A DNA stretch of 64,000 bases from Selaginella moellendorffii (lineage: Eukaryota > Plantae > Lycopodiophyta). The stretch spans positions 1,442,776-1,506,775 of the forward strand of contig NW_003314306.1 in assembly GCF_000143415.4 (NCBI RefSeq), in the 5' to 3' direction. The translations under genes were made by a program, and so were the position numbers. Under the pieces are notes generated by a model. It was not told the DNA's origin. It saw nothing but the letters and a program-made list of their open reading frames with translations, and ran no database searches. Of the stretch, positions 40,613-52,371 are shown in pieces. Position 1 is the stretch's first letter; every line of letters starts with the position of its first letter.

Positions 40613-41545
40613 TTATATTACTAGTTTTTTATTATCTATTTTCTGTATATATTTTTGTAGTTTTTTTTGAATATTTATATATTTGTTCTAGGTTTTCTAT
40701 GTAAATTTTTTTTTCTGTTTTTAAAATTTTTTTCTAGTGATGTATATGACATTACTATTGTTTCTGTTTTTAAATGTTCTACTTTTTCTGATTTATAGTC
40801 ATTTGTATGCAATATTACCAATGAAGAAAGAAGGATATATACAAATAATAAAAGACAATACACATAATAAGAAACTAATAGATCATATATGGGTAAAAGA
40901 TATAATATATACAGAAGCAGGAATAGTGCATACTGGACAGATCATAATAAATTATATATCATATTAAAAAATATTTAAAAACAAAATAAAACCAAGCGTT
41001 GCTGCAACTCAACATGCAGCAATTTTATTTTCATTTGTAAAGGAACTCAAGTTACAAAGATAGTATATAAGTTATATATATGGATCTAAAGGGCTTTTAA
41101 AGATATTTTAAGTTAGTCAAACCCAATTCACAATTCACGGTAAAGCCTCACAACTATGGCCATAGCCTTCGCCTCTGCAAGGGTTATTATGGCCATGATT
41201 GCTTTGCATCTTTGCAAGCCTTGTGTCATGACAGTTACAAGTTCCATCCTTTTCTCCTTCATTGACATTTTGTTTTTCTCAGGGTGAGCTCCAGGATGCA
41301 TTTTGCTTTCTATTTCAAATTTATGGGTACATCGTGGTGTTAGGGATCTTGGTGAGAAGGAGAGCTTCATGGTTGAGTGTTGTTTCTCATGTGATTTGCA
41401 TAGCCAAAAGCTAAATTGATTTTCTAAAATAAAATAAAAGTTTTTAATAATCCTATATCTATGCAAAACCATTACAACATAACCCGAATCATAGGACTAC
41501 TACATGCTTAGTATTCTAAACGACCTGGCCACGATCTTGCTTTTC

Positions 41546-44287
41546 TCAGGCAACTTTTGGGCGTTTCTGTTGCAAATCGTCCGCAAACTTCTCTGTGGCA
41601 TCTATTGGGCGCTTCTGTCGCGGATCACCTGTAAACTTGAAATGTCACATCATGATATCATGGGAATAGCGTATCACGAATGTGTCTTACCAAGCTCCTT
41701 AATGTCAGAGACGTTTGGAATTGGAAGCTTATACGTGTCAGGAAGCAGCAAATGGAGCCATGATTTCGCTTCCTCTGATTGCTTTCCAGCCTCCACCTCC
41801 GTATCCGGCACCGCAATTGAAACTTCAGCTAGAAGTCTCTTCGTCTCAGCACCAAGGAAACGAAAGTTGCGTTCGAGACCATAAACTGTTATGTGCGCAA
41901 CAGGCTCCGTTTTCTTGCCATAAGCTTCGTCACCCTGCAAGTAAGACTTATGCATCTCATCCTTCTTCCATAACTTTGTTGGCACTGGCTCTTTATGTTT
42001 TGGTTCTTGGACATTGATGAGGACCGTCACCACTTTGATTTCGATTCCTGAGACTTGCATGAGCCTCGGCCTCAACACAGTCGTAGAAGCTTTGTTGAGC
42101 CACCCACACTTTCTACTGTTCTCAACCGAAACGAGCAGCGCAGTCATCCCCAAGGAAGTCCAGACCGGAATAACAATGTCATAACCTCGGACGTTATTGT
42201 TGGCTTTGTACATGATTGCACAGCCTCTCATGAACGCAGCTGCCAATATCTCGGGTGTCAACTGCCCCTGCTTAACCAGCATAAAACTGTTAAAAAAGAC
42301 GGCAGCGGATTCATCCAGGCCGCTGCATGCCTCGTCAACCTGTGCCTCCTCCGAGCCCAGCAATCGTCCGATATAATCCCGGAGAGGAATGCGGCGTAGG
42401 TAGTAGTCACCCTTGTACAAGCTCCAACAAGCTTGCAGCAAGATGAGCTTCACTATGAATTCCCCCCGATGTCCAGCATCCACATAGCCATTGTAGCAGC
42501 CGTTCAGGAACAGCCCTAGAGCAACTTCTAGAGGCTCGCCACTCTTGCGGTTGAGAATCCTAGCGGCCGCTTCACTCACAACGGGCTCCACGGGCTGACT
42601 GATATGCACTCTCGTACGATCGAGGGAGATGAACGTAAGGATACTCATGTGAGAAGCGACAAGAAGCTGGCTTTGCGCACTCCGCGGGCATATCTCCAGG
42701 CCCGCTGATGCTGAAAGCAAGGCCAACGCCTGGCTCTCAGCCATCTGTACCTTTCCGGTACAACCACAAACGTCCACAGCTTGCCCCTGAAAGTCCCCGT
42801 GCAGCACCCCAACCAGCTTGGCTTCCGCGAGATCGAGGAGGCTCCACACATTTGGATTGCTGTCAAGGCGGCTACTCCATAGGGGCCTTCCATACCTGAA
42901 CAACTGAGCTGGAGACAAATCCGTAGTCCGAGGAACAAGGTCCATATTCACCACCTGATGAATAGGCCTTAAAAGCCGCAAACCCAGGATATTAGCTTTC
43001 CTCGACTGGTCCTCGTGCCGTCGAGGCTGCAGATTACTGATACTCCCCATCGTATCAATGACAACTGCAAAGTATTTCTTGTGTGTGAAGAAAGCTCTCG
43101 CCACTCGCCTCATCTGGTAAAACGGCGATTGTGCCATACTGAAGGTGCTTTCCCCATTCGGTAAGAGACCGCGACCTTCGTCAAAAACAAAAAGCACCTG
43201 CACCTCCCCCTCTTCCGGCAGTACATCCTTCAAGTTGTCAAGCTCTCGTTGGAGTAGATTCTCGTTCCTGGCATCCGGTGACTCACTAATTTCCTCTACA
43301 GCTCTGCTGTTGATCAATTCAAGCCATTTCTTGTGCACGGCCTCCGCAATACTGGACGAATCCATCTCTGAATCCATCCACTGCACTGAGCTCATCTTCT
43401 CACCCTTCACCGTCTCATGGAGGACAAAAAGCCACGCCTTGAAGTATAGCGCCATCTCCAACTCGCTGTTCGTTCGGCTGAGCTGGTTGGCAAGCTCCCC
43501 AGTTCGAGGAGGACAGGCGCTACTGTTTGCTGCCGCCGTGCTGCAATAGCAAATATACACTCCCAGGCGCGACATCTGCATCACCCCGCGTGTTTTCCCC
43601 GTGCCAGAACCCTGTACTATGGAGGTATAGCAGCTGTAGTGCTCGTCTACACAATAGCCAGTGCTATAAGCCACAATAACAGAAGAATTCAAGACTTACT
43701 CTTTGAGCATTCGTTCCTCAACTTACACAGCTCCTTGTACAATATCTTATGGGCCTCTCCAACGTACTCCCTCCGTAACGATTTCATCGCCACTTTCGTA
43801 TTAATCTCGTGCCACAAACGATCACGATCAGGCCCAGTGTTCTCTGCACAGGCACAAGCAAGAGAATACTCGAGCACCAGACGAAAACACAGAACTTTCA
43901 CCTATCGGCTTCTGCATGAGGAGCCTTTCACATTGACGCAGCCACTCGCACGAAACACACTCCAACCTCTCCTTTATCCACTGTAGCAGCTTGGGGTCTC
44001 GTGTTTCTTTCTTTGCCACTAGGTCCATGATCTTGCTGCTGCGAGCCTCTACTGCACAGGAAATGCAAAAAGAACAGTAGCCTAAAGAAACAGCGAAAGA
44101 ACTTACAGTTGAACAGCTTATATATCCGGAATGCGAGACGAGGATTTCCTGGAAACAAGGGGTAAACCTCATCTACATCGGCCGTCCACAACCTGGAGGC
44201 CGAATAGCCTTGCCGCTGAAGGCACTCATAGTCAGGCCCGCAAAGATCCCGCAAGCGCTCCTCGCCGTCATCGCAGACGCTCTCCAT
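41546..44287 (-). CDS. Crinkler/RHS-type P-loop NTPase + restriction-endonuclease-fold protein, copy 1; exons 44287-44107, 44051-43902, 43843-43700, 43646-41691, 41628-41546 (837 aa)
   Basis: Four GT-AG introns of 53-62 nt give one open frame. Walker A YTSIVQGSGTGKT, Walker B VLFVFDE, YGRPLW, EPVVSEAAA, GHRGE, nuclease-like NN..GYDIVIP...LLVSVEN, terminal KRP...KRPKVA. Confidence 0.8.
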
Positions 44288-46000
44288 TAAACCCTAGAAC
44301 TTACCACCCAATCTTATGAGGTCTGTCAACATATAGTAATTTCAATTTACTCGTTTCACCATTAAAATTTTCGTCACGTCTAGTATCAGCTTTCCTCTAG
44401 TCCACATGGCCCTGTACAACATGAAAAGCCATGTAAAGTTTAACCCCAACCAAAAGAGTAAGAAATTAAAAAGAGGAGTTACATTTTGGTAAAAGATCAC
44501 AATAAATCTTTTGACTCTGTAGTGCTCAAAGTAGACTATTGTTGCTGTGCTGTTTCAGCATTTTACATTGCTCACAGCCTCCGGCACTGGCATAAGTTGT
44601 GAATTGTACCACTTCTGCAATTGCCAAAGCAGTGAAGTATATACTTCTAAGTGGTTGGAAATTATTTTCTACATCTTGTGTTTTGCTTGGCATCTGGATC
44701 TCAAGTAATGGGAATCACTGCAAGCGCCATTTAAGGATTCTGAAGCTTCTAATGTAGCAAGTATGTACAATAACAAAAACATCAGGTCAACATGCGGCAA
44801 TGGCAGAAGAATGTTTTCTGATTTTGCATGACATTTCTTCATCCTTGGATTTTTTCCCCTGCTGCGAATTTGTACACTCTCGAGTCTCGAACACCCTCAC
44901 ACTCACATGGGCCATTTTTTAGCAAAACTACTTATGCTAAGACGAATTTTCGAGACAAGAATTGCAGTTGCAATTTTCGAGTTAGTTTCGGGCGAGGTGG
45001 CAGGGCAGCGGGGCGGCGGTGGCGGTGGCGGTGGCGGCAGAGCGGCGCGGCCGGGGGCGGGCCAGTGTGGTTGGGCGGTGGCAGCACGAGCATCCACATT
45101 GATGAAACGTTCTCGCAGTCAAGGCTCCACCTGTGATGATCGTCACTTAGCAAACGAATGAATGGAAAAATATCTCGAAGCTTACCATTGAGTTGACACT
45201 TGACGAGAGTGAAACCTCTTGAATGGCTTCACCTCCTTTGGACAATGTAAGTGGATCCTGCCTGCCTGCTCGCTTAGCTCCATCCCAGTGACACTGCGGC
45301 CCGGTGTGGTCATCAAGCTGAGGAAAAACCATAGTTTTGATAAACAAACAAAACTGGAGTTCCAAATCCCTCTCTCCATCGCAGCCAGAGCACTGAAAAA
45401 ACAAACACCAAGTGTAAAGAGCTTGCATATCTCAAGAGAAAACTTAACAGTGATACTTACAGTGAGCCAGCGTAAGAGAAGGAACTTCCAGGGAGAGAAG
45501 CCATGCTAAGTCGTGCATACTCACGGATTACATAAACCTTGAATAGATGAGTTAAGAGTGAACATGCAAGAAACACTATACAAAATTACTTACTGGAAGT
45601 GCCGTGACCAGGAGCCTTGAATAATAGCGCAGCTGCTTGACAACCTCCTCTTTATTCTTACCTGGAAGGAGTCTAATAGTACTTGTCAGGGTATTGTCAA
45701 AACTCCTTCCAAGGTAAATGCCACACTCGTCCCCCGTCGAAGCACCTGGAAAACATACACACTTTAGTTTGGATGATCAGAGAATCATAGCATACCTCAA
45801 TATAATTCTTGTAGTTGCATTTTCTGTCTGGGTTCGTTATAGGAGCGTGAGGATTGTGAATGCATAGCTCGTTATCAATCACATGTACTTGTGTCTTTCA
45901 ACCTGTTTGAACCAGAAGTTTGCTAGTGAGCAAAGGAAAGTACATATCTTACAGGAAGTTCGTCCAGTGGCCATCTCTCGGTCAATCATCTAGTGGACCT

Positions 46001-46063
46001 GCAGCTCACATCCACTATGACACCTCCAAAAGCTGGTTGAAGATACTCCAAAGCCATTTTAAG
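46001..46063 (-). pseudogene. Isolated exon fragment resembling a UbiE-like SAM methyltransferase
   Basis: cag|LKMALEYLQPAFGGVIVDVSC resembles the ..MA.EY....GG.lVDVSCGSG motif-I region of plant plastid methyltransferases, but breaks before GSG. Confidence 0.4.
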
Positions 46064-46296
46064 CTGAAACACATTAGCAGCGTCTGGATTCCTCTGCTAA
46101 ACAACTGGTAATGTTATGCTTTTCTTCGTTTCCTAGCTTTGGTCCTTAGTTTGCATTCCAGACAAGTACAGGCGCAACTTGGATCATCCCATAGATTTCT
46201 TGTTCTTCCGGAGTTCACGGAACGATGATTTCGTAAGGAGAATATCGTTGAATCTTATTGTCAGGAGCAAATAGGATAGGTTTCTCTAGGGCGAGA

Positions 46297-47214
46297 ATGC
46301 TGCTCTCCTCTTCGCGATCGTTCTTTACATTCGCCTGCGGCATCAGGTCAAACCCAGCGCGCGGCGAGTCGCGGCGAGTCGCGGCGGCAGGGGCACGGCG
46401 ATCATCCGATGCTCGCGCAGCAAGACGGGCAGCGCGTGGCGGAGCAGCAGCGACAAGGAGGAGGCGCGCAAGATCCTGGAGAGGGGCAAGAAGGAGCTGG
46501 GGCCATACCCTGGCAGGGGCAAGGTCGTGAGGAACAAGGCGCTGGTGCTGGAGCTGGCCAAGGGATTTAGGGGCAAGAAGGTGCACAGGATTGCGCGCGA
46601 TCGGGTCGCCAAGGCCCTGGAGCACTCGTATCGCGATAGGCGGAGGAAGAAGAGAGATTTCCACAAGCTGTGGATCACGAGAATTGGGGCTGCTGCTCGA
46701 CTCCACGGGGTAAGAATCGCGTTCTTCCTCAACATTCTTCTTCTTGTTAGTTCTATTTCTTCTCCACATCTTCTCTTCTTCACAGTTTCTTCTTCTAAGT
46801 TCTATTTCTTCTCCACATTCTTCACGGTTTCTTCTTCTTATCAATGCTCTATTTGTTCTTCACATTCTTCACAGTTTCTTTTTCTTCTCCACATTCTTCA
46901 CAGTTCTTCTTCTTCACAAGTTCTCTTTTTTCCTCCACATTCTCTTCTCGTCAGAATTTGGGCCAAGCTGACTGACTCTTTTGTCTTTCTTTCTGGATAG
47001 CTTGGGTATAGCGAATTCATGCACGGGCTCAATCGCCAGAAAGTGGAGCTCAATCGCCAGCTACTGGCAAACATGGCGATCTTGGATCCGGATTCTTTCA
47101 AGAGCCTGGCAGACTCAGTCTCCTCTCTTCCTCCGCTTAAGGTAAGTCTACTTATGCCTTTCTTTCTTTTCTTTTGACGATCCATCTTGTTGCTCGCAGT
47201 CCTCAATGATATGA
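46297..47214 (+). CDS. rpl20: Nuclear-encoded organellar ribosomal protein L20 (bL20); exons 46297-46346, 46421-46709, 47001-47141, 47200-47214
   Basis: LAKGFRG..RIARDRVAKALEHSYRDRRRKKRDFHKLWITRIGAAARLHG|LGYSEFMHGLNRQKVELNRQLLANMAI.DP.SF; Ser/Arg-rich N-terminus. First and last exons are inferred. Confidence 0.85.
46730..46950. repeat. Pyrimidine-rich tandem repeat inside rpl20 intron 2 (ctccacattcttcacagtttcttcttct-like units)
   Basis: Unit recurs about 5 times. Confidence 0.75.
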
Positions 47215-47779
47215 ACTATACTAGTACTTGCCCAGCAAAAGCTGGGTGGTTTACAAAGAGGTTCAATATAAAACCTCTTTATAAACAGTGTTGATTGTAA
47301 AAACAGAAGGATCTTGAGGAAGGAAGTGGTCTTTGGCGTGTGGTGTTTTGAACTTTAATTTCAAGTTCATGTGGTGATGTGGATCTTGATAAAGCCACAT
47401 AAAGTTGCCCATTAGTGAAAATTGGGTGGGGCAAGTAAACTCCAAGTCAGTCAAATGTCTGTCCTTAAAATTTGGAGATTGTTAAGTAGTAACCCAAACA
47501 AATTAGAAATTGTCGTCTGGACATTTTAAATGGAATTTCTGTATTTGATGGTATTAGTGTGATATGTGGGATAAAAACTCTTGTCTTTTTAAATTGCCCC
47601 ATCACAATTTCACAATTTAAAACATTTGGTAATGCATTTTTAAAGATGAGAATTGCATAATCCTACTAATGGAGACATATTCTTTAAGAGGATAAGAATA
47701 ACACCTTGTTTGAGATAGAGTTTATGTGGTGGGAGATCAGAAGGTGTGATAGAATTTAGGAACATAAGAGCCATCTATT

Positions 47780-48072
47780 CCTCCACTCTTTTAATTGATT
47801 GGGTTTCACCCATTTTTTCAAAATGGTATCCTGCCTTTTAAGTTGAGCTCAGCCAAACTAAATTGGACTACTAGATATCAATCTCAATAAGTGGTGTGAT
47901 TTCTCTAGCTCACTAATAGAGTCACTACTTTGATACTAAATATAAACTCCTAAATTTAGACTTTTCAGCAAATAATTCAAAACACTTAAGTAATCCAAAA
48001 CCTTTAACCAATTGAAAAAGAGGGTCCATTTTTACAAATAGTCTCATGAGTTTTTCTCTTTAATTACTTATA
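47780..48072 (-). mobile_element. Partial TRIM of the 5S-bearing family: LTR + decayed PBS + internal domain
   Basis: actttgatacta (~gctctgatacca) next to an LTR-like segment; internal 47835-47925 matches 52080-52168. Confidence 0.5.
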
Positions 48073-48079
48073 CAAATAT

Positions 48080-49650
48080 AACTAATAGAGAGTTAGACAA
48101 TGCCTTAAGTTTGTTAGCTATGCCTAACTTACATACTATCTTTACTATATATTTTTAACCTCTCATAGAAGTGAATCACTATGTCCAAGATTTAATGCAT
48201 TTAATATGGACTAAATGCAATTAGGCAATACTAAAAGAGATGGAATTGATATACTAATATGGAAAAACTAAACCCAACAACATAATCCTCCTCAATACCA
48301 TCTGATAAATAAGTCCATCATTACCAAATCATCATTAAGCTAAGTGTCAATAGTACTTGATTAAGTCTACAAGCAATCACTATTTTTAAAACAACCAACA
48401 ATCACTCTTGAATTTGCCTTCACAAGACTCAAATACCAAACTCACATCATTAAATCATATATTTATCCAATAAAAAGGTAGCATTCTAAGTATAATACAT
48501 TGGAACATAGACAAATACAAACAAAATAACTACTCAAATTTAATCAAATAGTAATAAACTCACCTATACATCTAATTAAATTAGTGTTAAGCACAACTCA
48601 AGAGGCTAGCAATAAATGATCAATACCCAATTAAAACTAAAGTGAAGACTATAAGATGGACTTCCATAGGTACACAACCTCTTAATAAACAAAGCGACAA
48701 TACAAATACTTACAACGCCATCATAAATAACTCAATTGAACATCACCATCCTTAGCCAAAGCACAAGGCCACCAAGACTAAATTAAGATGAGTGAGAGTT
48801 CACTACTTGTAAGCAACCAAAGAGATTGACTCAAAAAATAATTTATAAAAGTTTAAATATAGAAGAAAAGTGCATATAAATAAAAATATACCCTTTTTTT
48901 CAATCGGTTAAAGATCTTAGGACACTTGGGGTTAAACATCTTTGGTTTTGAGTAGTATTGGGATGAGTGACCTCCCAAGAAGTCAAAATTCATAAGCTTA
49001 CACTACTCTTTTAAAATTTAACTAAATGTAAAGTGCAACTTGCCACCAAACATAATATTATAAAAAAAGGTACAAAGGTTACATTTTGAGAAAAGTGAAA
49101 TAGCCACTTTTCTACTTAAACTCTAGATTTTATCCAACTCAATTATGTTAGCCCCAAAATTTAGCATTCTTTCAAGCTGCATTATATAAATTACCTACTA
49201 ACGTCAAAGTCAACTAAAGTTAACCCCTTCACTAGTTTGCAATGGCTTTTGAAAATAAAATGGTTTTTGGGTAAAATGATTAACAAATAAACCATTAAGT
49301 AAATTTATGAAAATAAAATTATTGTAGAGAAAGAAAGACTCTTAATCTTTCTTTCAATACAAATTCTTAAGACTCAATTAACTTCCTCCTGTTTACAATT
49401 TCTCATTTCACCTCAATATAATTCTAATGACCCAATAGAATCCCAATGACCCAATAGAATGCATGTCTACTGATATTTACAAATGCTAATAAATACATAA
49501 AACCTAATCACAAAGCATATCTTTGGATATTTAAATCTCATTAACACTCTTCTTCAACCATTTTTAAGACCAAATGTCATTAACATGTCTAATGACATGA
49601 AAAATCAAGTTCTAGGGAAAAATCTTAACAATACCACTTCCATTAACGCC
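48080..49650 (+). mobile_element. Decayed LTR-retrotransposon pol region, copy 4 (most AT-rich), interrupted by a solo LTR
   Basis: Colinear with 38250-39680. Confidence 0.6.
48808..49002 (+). mobile_element. 195-bp solo LTR with a 5S rRNA-derived segment (Cassandra-like)
   Basis: Ends TGTAAGC...GCTTACA; flanking CTACT/CTACT 5-bp TSD; absent from the paralogous pol copies (empty site gagttcactactctc at ~28703-28717); contains gttaaacatctttggttttgagtagtattgggatgagtgacctcccaagaagtc. Confidence 0.85.
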
Positions 49651-50109
49651 TCAATTTCACACTTAAGTAAAGTATAGTGAAATGAAGTGAGAACTTAGAA
49701 GGCTTCTTTCTTTCTTTATGAACTCACCTACTTGCAAAAGCAGTCTACACAGCCATCTCAGCAAAGCCTTATTGATGGAGCCAACTTATATCCCTAGATG
49801 GCCTCCAATCACTTCACACTTGTAGACTCTTGTCCTTGGTCCTGTAACAAGCTGTAGTGTTGAGCTCAATGCAGTCCTGTAAGGAAATTGATGCTAGAGG
49901 ACCAAGCTGTCGCCAATATATACTAAGGAACCCTGGTGCTCAGTACAGCATGCCACAATGGCAAAACCTTGCCACGCTCTCCCAGCACAGAAATCTACAG
50001 CACCATCGCTCAAGGATCCTAAATAATATCAAGATCCGATGGACCACATTGACTAGCTAGAACAACACAATGTTGATGTCGTTTGTAACATGCTGCAAGC
50101 ACTATAAGC

Positions 50110-50200
50110 AGCTGCAAATTTGTACACTCTGAACACCATCACACTTGCAATTTGTACTTATTTTTCCAGCCTAGAGGCTGCATGATCTGGCACAGTGTGT
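50110..50200 (+). pseudogene. Diverged BTA1 intron/exon fragment (cf. 8690-8780)
   Basis: cagcctagaggctgcatgatctggcacagtgtgtc vs tagcctggaggccgcgtgatctggcgcagtgcgtc. Confidence 0.6.
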
Positions 50201-51799
50201 CAATCTCTTTCTATTTCAAATTTATATGTACAAGGTGGTGTTAGGGATCTTGGTGAGACAAGGAGAGCTTCATGGTTGAGTAGCAGTTTGTGTTCCATAT
50301 CATCTGTATAGCCAAAAGATTTTTAAAATTCACAGACTAATATATAATCCTCTATTATTTGGATCTGCAAATACACGGAGCAAGGTCAATAGGAAATCAT
50401 TGCTATTCATAAAAATATTCTTAAATACTAAAGAATATATTATTAAGGTTTAGGTATTTTAAGGAAAAATATAATTTTAATAATATTTAGGTCTGTGTAA
50501 ACTACCATTATCTATTTTAGTATCAATAGTTGCTATTTAATAGAGGTTTTATGTTAGTACCTAGTTTATAGAAGAAAATATTACTTTACTATTTAATGAT
50601 TAGTATTTCTACTAATTATTTAAGTAGAATTTCCTACTCATTATTACTATAAAACTCCTTAGAGTGTAATTATGAGAAATGCCTTATGTTATTTAAGGTT
50701 TAATTTATAAATAAAATTTTAATTATAACTATAATAAAATATAATATAATACTAATATCAAATTATTTCTCAGTCATAAATATCTTATATTTAAATATTA
50801 CAGGGTGACAAATCCAAACTTTAACATTTGGATCCATCCTAAAAAACATATAACAAAATATATATACATATGTTTGCAAGGATGAAAAATTTATCAAAAG
50901 TCTGATGTTAAAGAAAGTATTACTTGGGAATATGTTTGTAAGCCTTCCCATTTGCAATATCAATTTGTAGTGCATCTGAATTTGGAGTTGAACTTCAAGC
51001 AAGTTGCACTGTAAAACAAAAGTCTAGTACACACTCAAAATCCTTTATGATCACTAACTCCTTGTATTCAACTCTTGCATACAAAATAATATTAGATTTA
51101 TTTTAGCAAAATTTCAACATACTAGTACCCCATTAACTAGAACAATTTAGAGCTTGGGCTTAAACCCAAGCTTGACACTTAACAAAAAGCCACACAACTC
51201 AATAAGAGCTAACCTAATATGTCAAGTGGTTGACTATACTTCTAACCATTATCTCTACTATATATTTAGAACCACCCATACCTAGAATAAAAGATGGCCG
51301 AGAATCCTCTAAATCATCAAAGAACACTCAAAGCTCATTTATTGTAAACATGAGTGTTACATCTATCGACTATAACATAGATTACCAAGCTCTTTTTCAT
51401 TGATAAACTAAGCTTTTTACCACATTAAAGCTCAAAAACTTGTGTGTAATATTTAGATTGAAAACAATCTTAACATCACTAGCTTGAATGGCCCTTGGCC
51501 TTCATAAGTTGATTGTATATAGAATTATTGAGTTCTATAGAATTACTATGAACTCAAGACTTCAATTCTTGAACTTTTACCATGGGATGTGGATGTGTAT
51601 ATATAATGGATTCCACCATATTCATTTTAGCATTCTCTAAACTCTTCACAAAAAGAGAATCATTATGTTAATGTTTAGCTTTGTAGTAATGAAAACAATT
51701 ATCCTTCACTTTATCTTTTTCATGTTGGTACAAACAAAGCTTCTTGACCTTATTACTATCTCCATTCTTCTAGCCTCAAATCCTCTTTGAACTGCTCAT

Positions 51800-52371
51800 T
51801 TCCATTGAGCTTAAACCTTTGATGAAACATTATACTTTTAGTAATTCATTTCAGGTTACCCAACCTAATACTATTTAAATCCCAAATATCTCAAAACCCT
51901 TAACTGATTGAAAAAGGGGTGCACTCTTTTTTATAGGTTATTTCCCTATAAATTATCTTTCAAATTGTTCTTTTTAGTTGCTTATAATCCATTATGCTTC
52001 CATATAAGTTCATCCCCCCGTAACCAAAAGCTGAGAGCTATAACTTTCCTAAAAGCCCCACTTTATTGACACTCTATCCTTCAAGTTGAACCCAATCAGA
52101 GGCAAACTGAACTTGCTAGATATCAATTTTAATATGTGATATGATTCCCCTAGCTAACTAATAAAGTTAGAATTTAAACCAATTTAATACTAATAAATTT
52201 TTAAATTTAAAATTCCCGTGAGGTCACCCAACCTAGTACTATTCAAACTCAAAAACATTTAACCTTAAATATTTTAAAACTCTTAACCAATTGAGAAAGG
52301 GGTACACTTTTTCATAAGCCATTTCATTCTATATTTAAACCCTTATTGATTGTTCCTTTTTGTTGCTTATA
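51800..52371 (-). mobile_element. Degenerate two-LTR TRIM (~570 bp) of the 5S-bearing family
   Basis: Two LTR-like direct repeats whose + strand right ends are gttgcttata (51986 and 52371), each with a 5S box-C-like motif (minus strand gaatagtactaggttgggtgacctcacgggaa), and a ~200 bp non-coding interior. Left boundary is approximate. Confidence 0.6.

Noticed and set aside
41674-43692. NLR (NB-ARC) resistance gene
   Set aside because: No GLPL or MHD motifs and no LRR; motifs fit a CR-type NTPase-REase better. The ORF-track start MNSSV lies in an intron.
48930-48985. Functional 5S rRNA gene
   Set aside because: Only the internal control region is present, it is degenerate, and it sits inside an LTR.
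49680-50100. Possible PPR/E-domain debris (also ~17800-18050)
   Set aside because: Too degenerate to delimit or confirm by eye.
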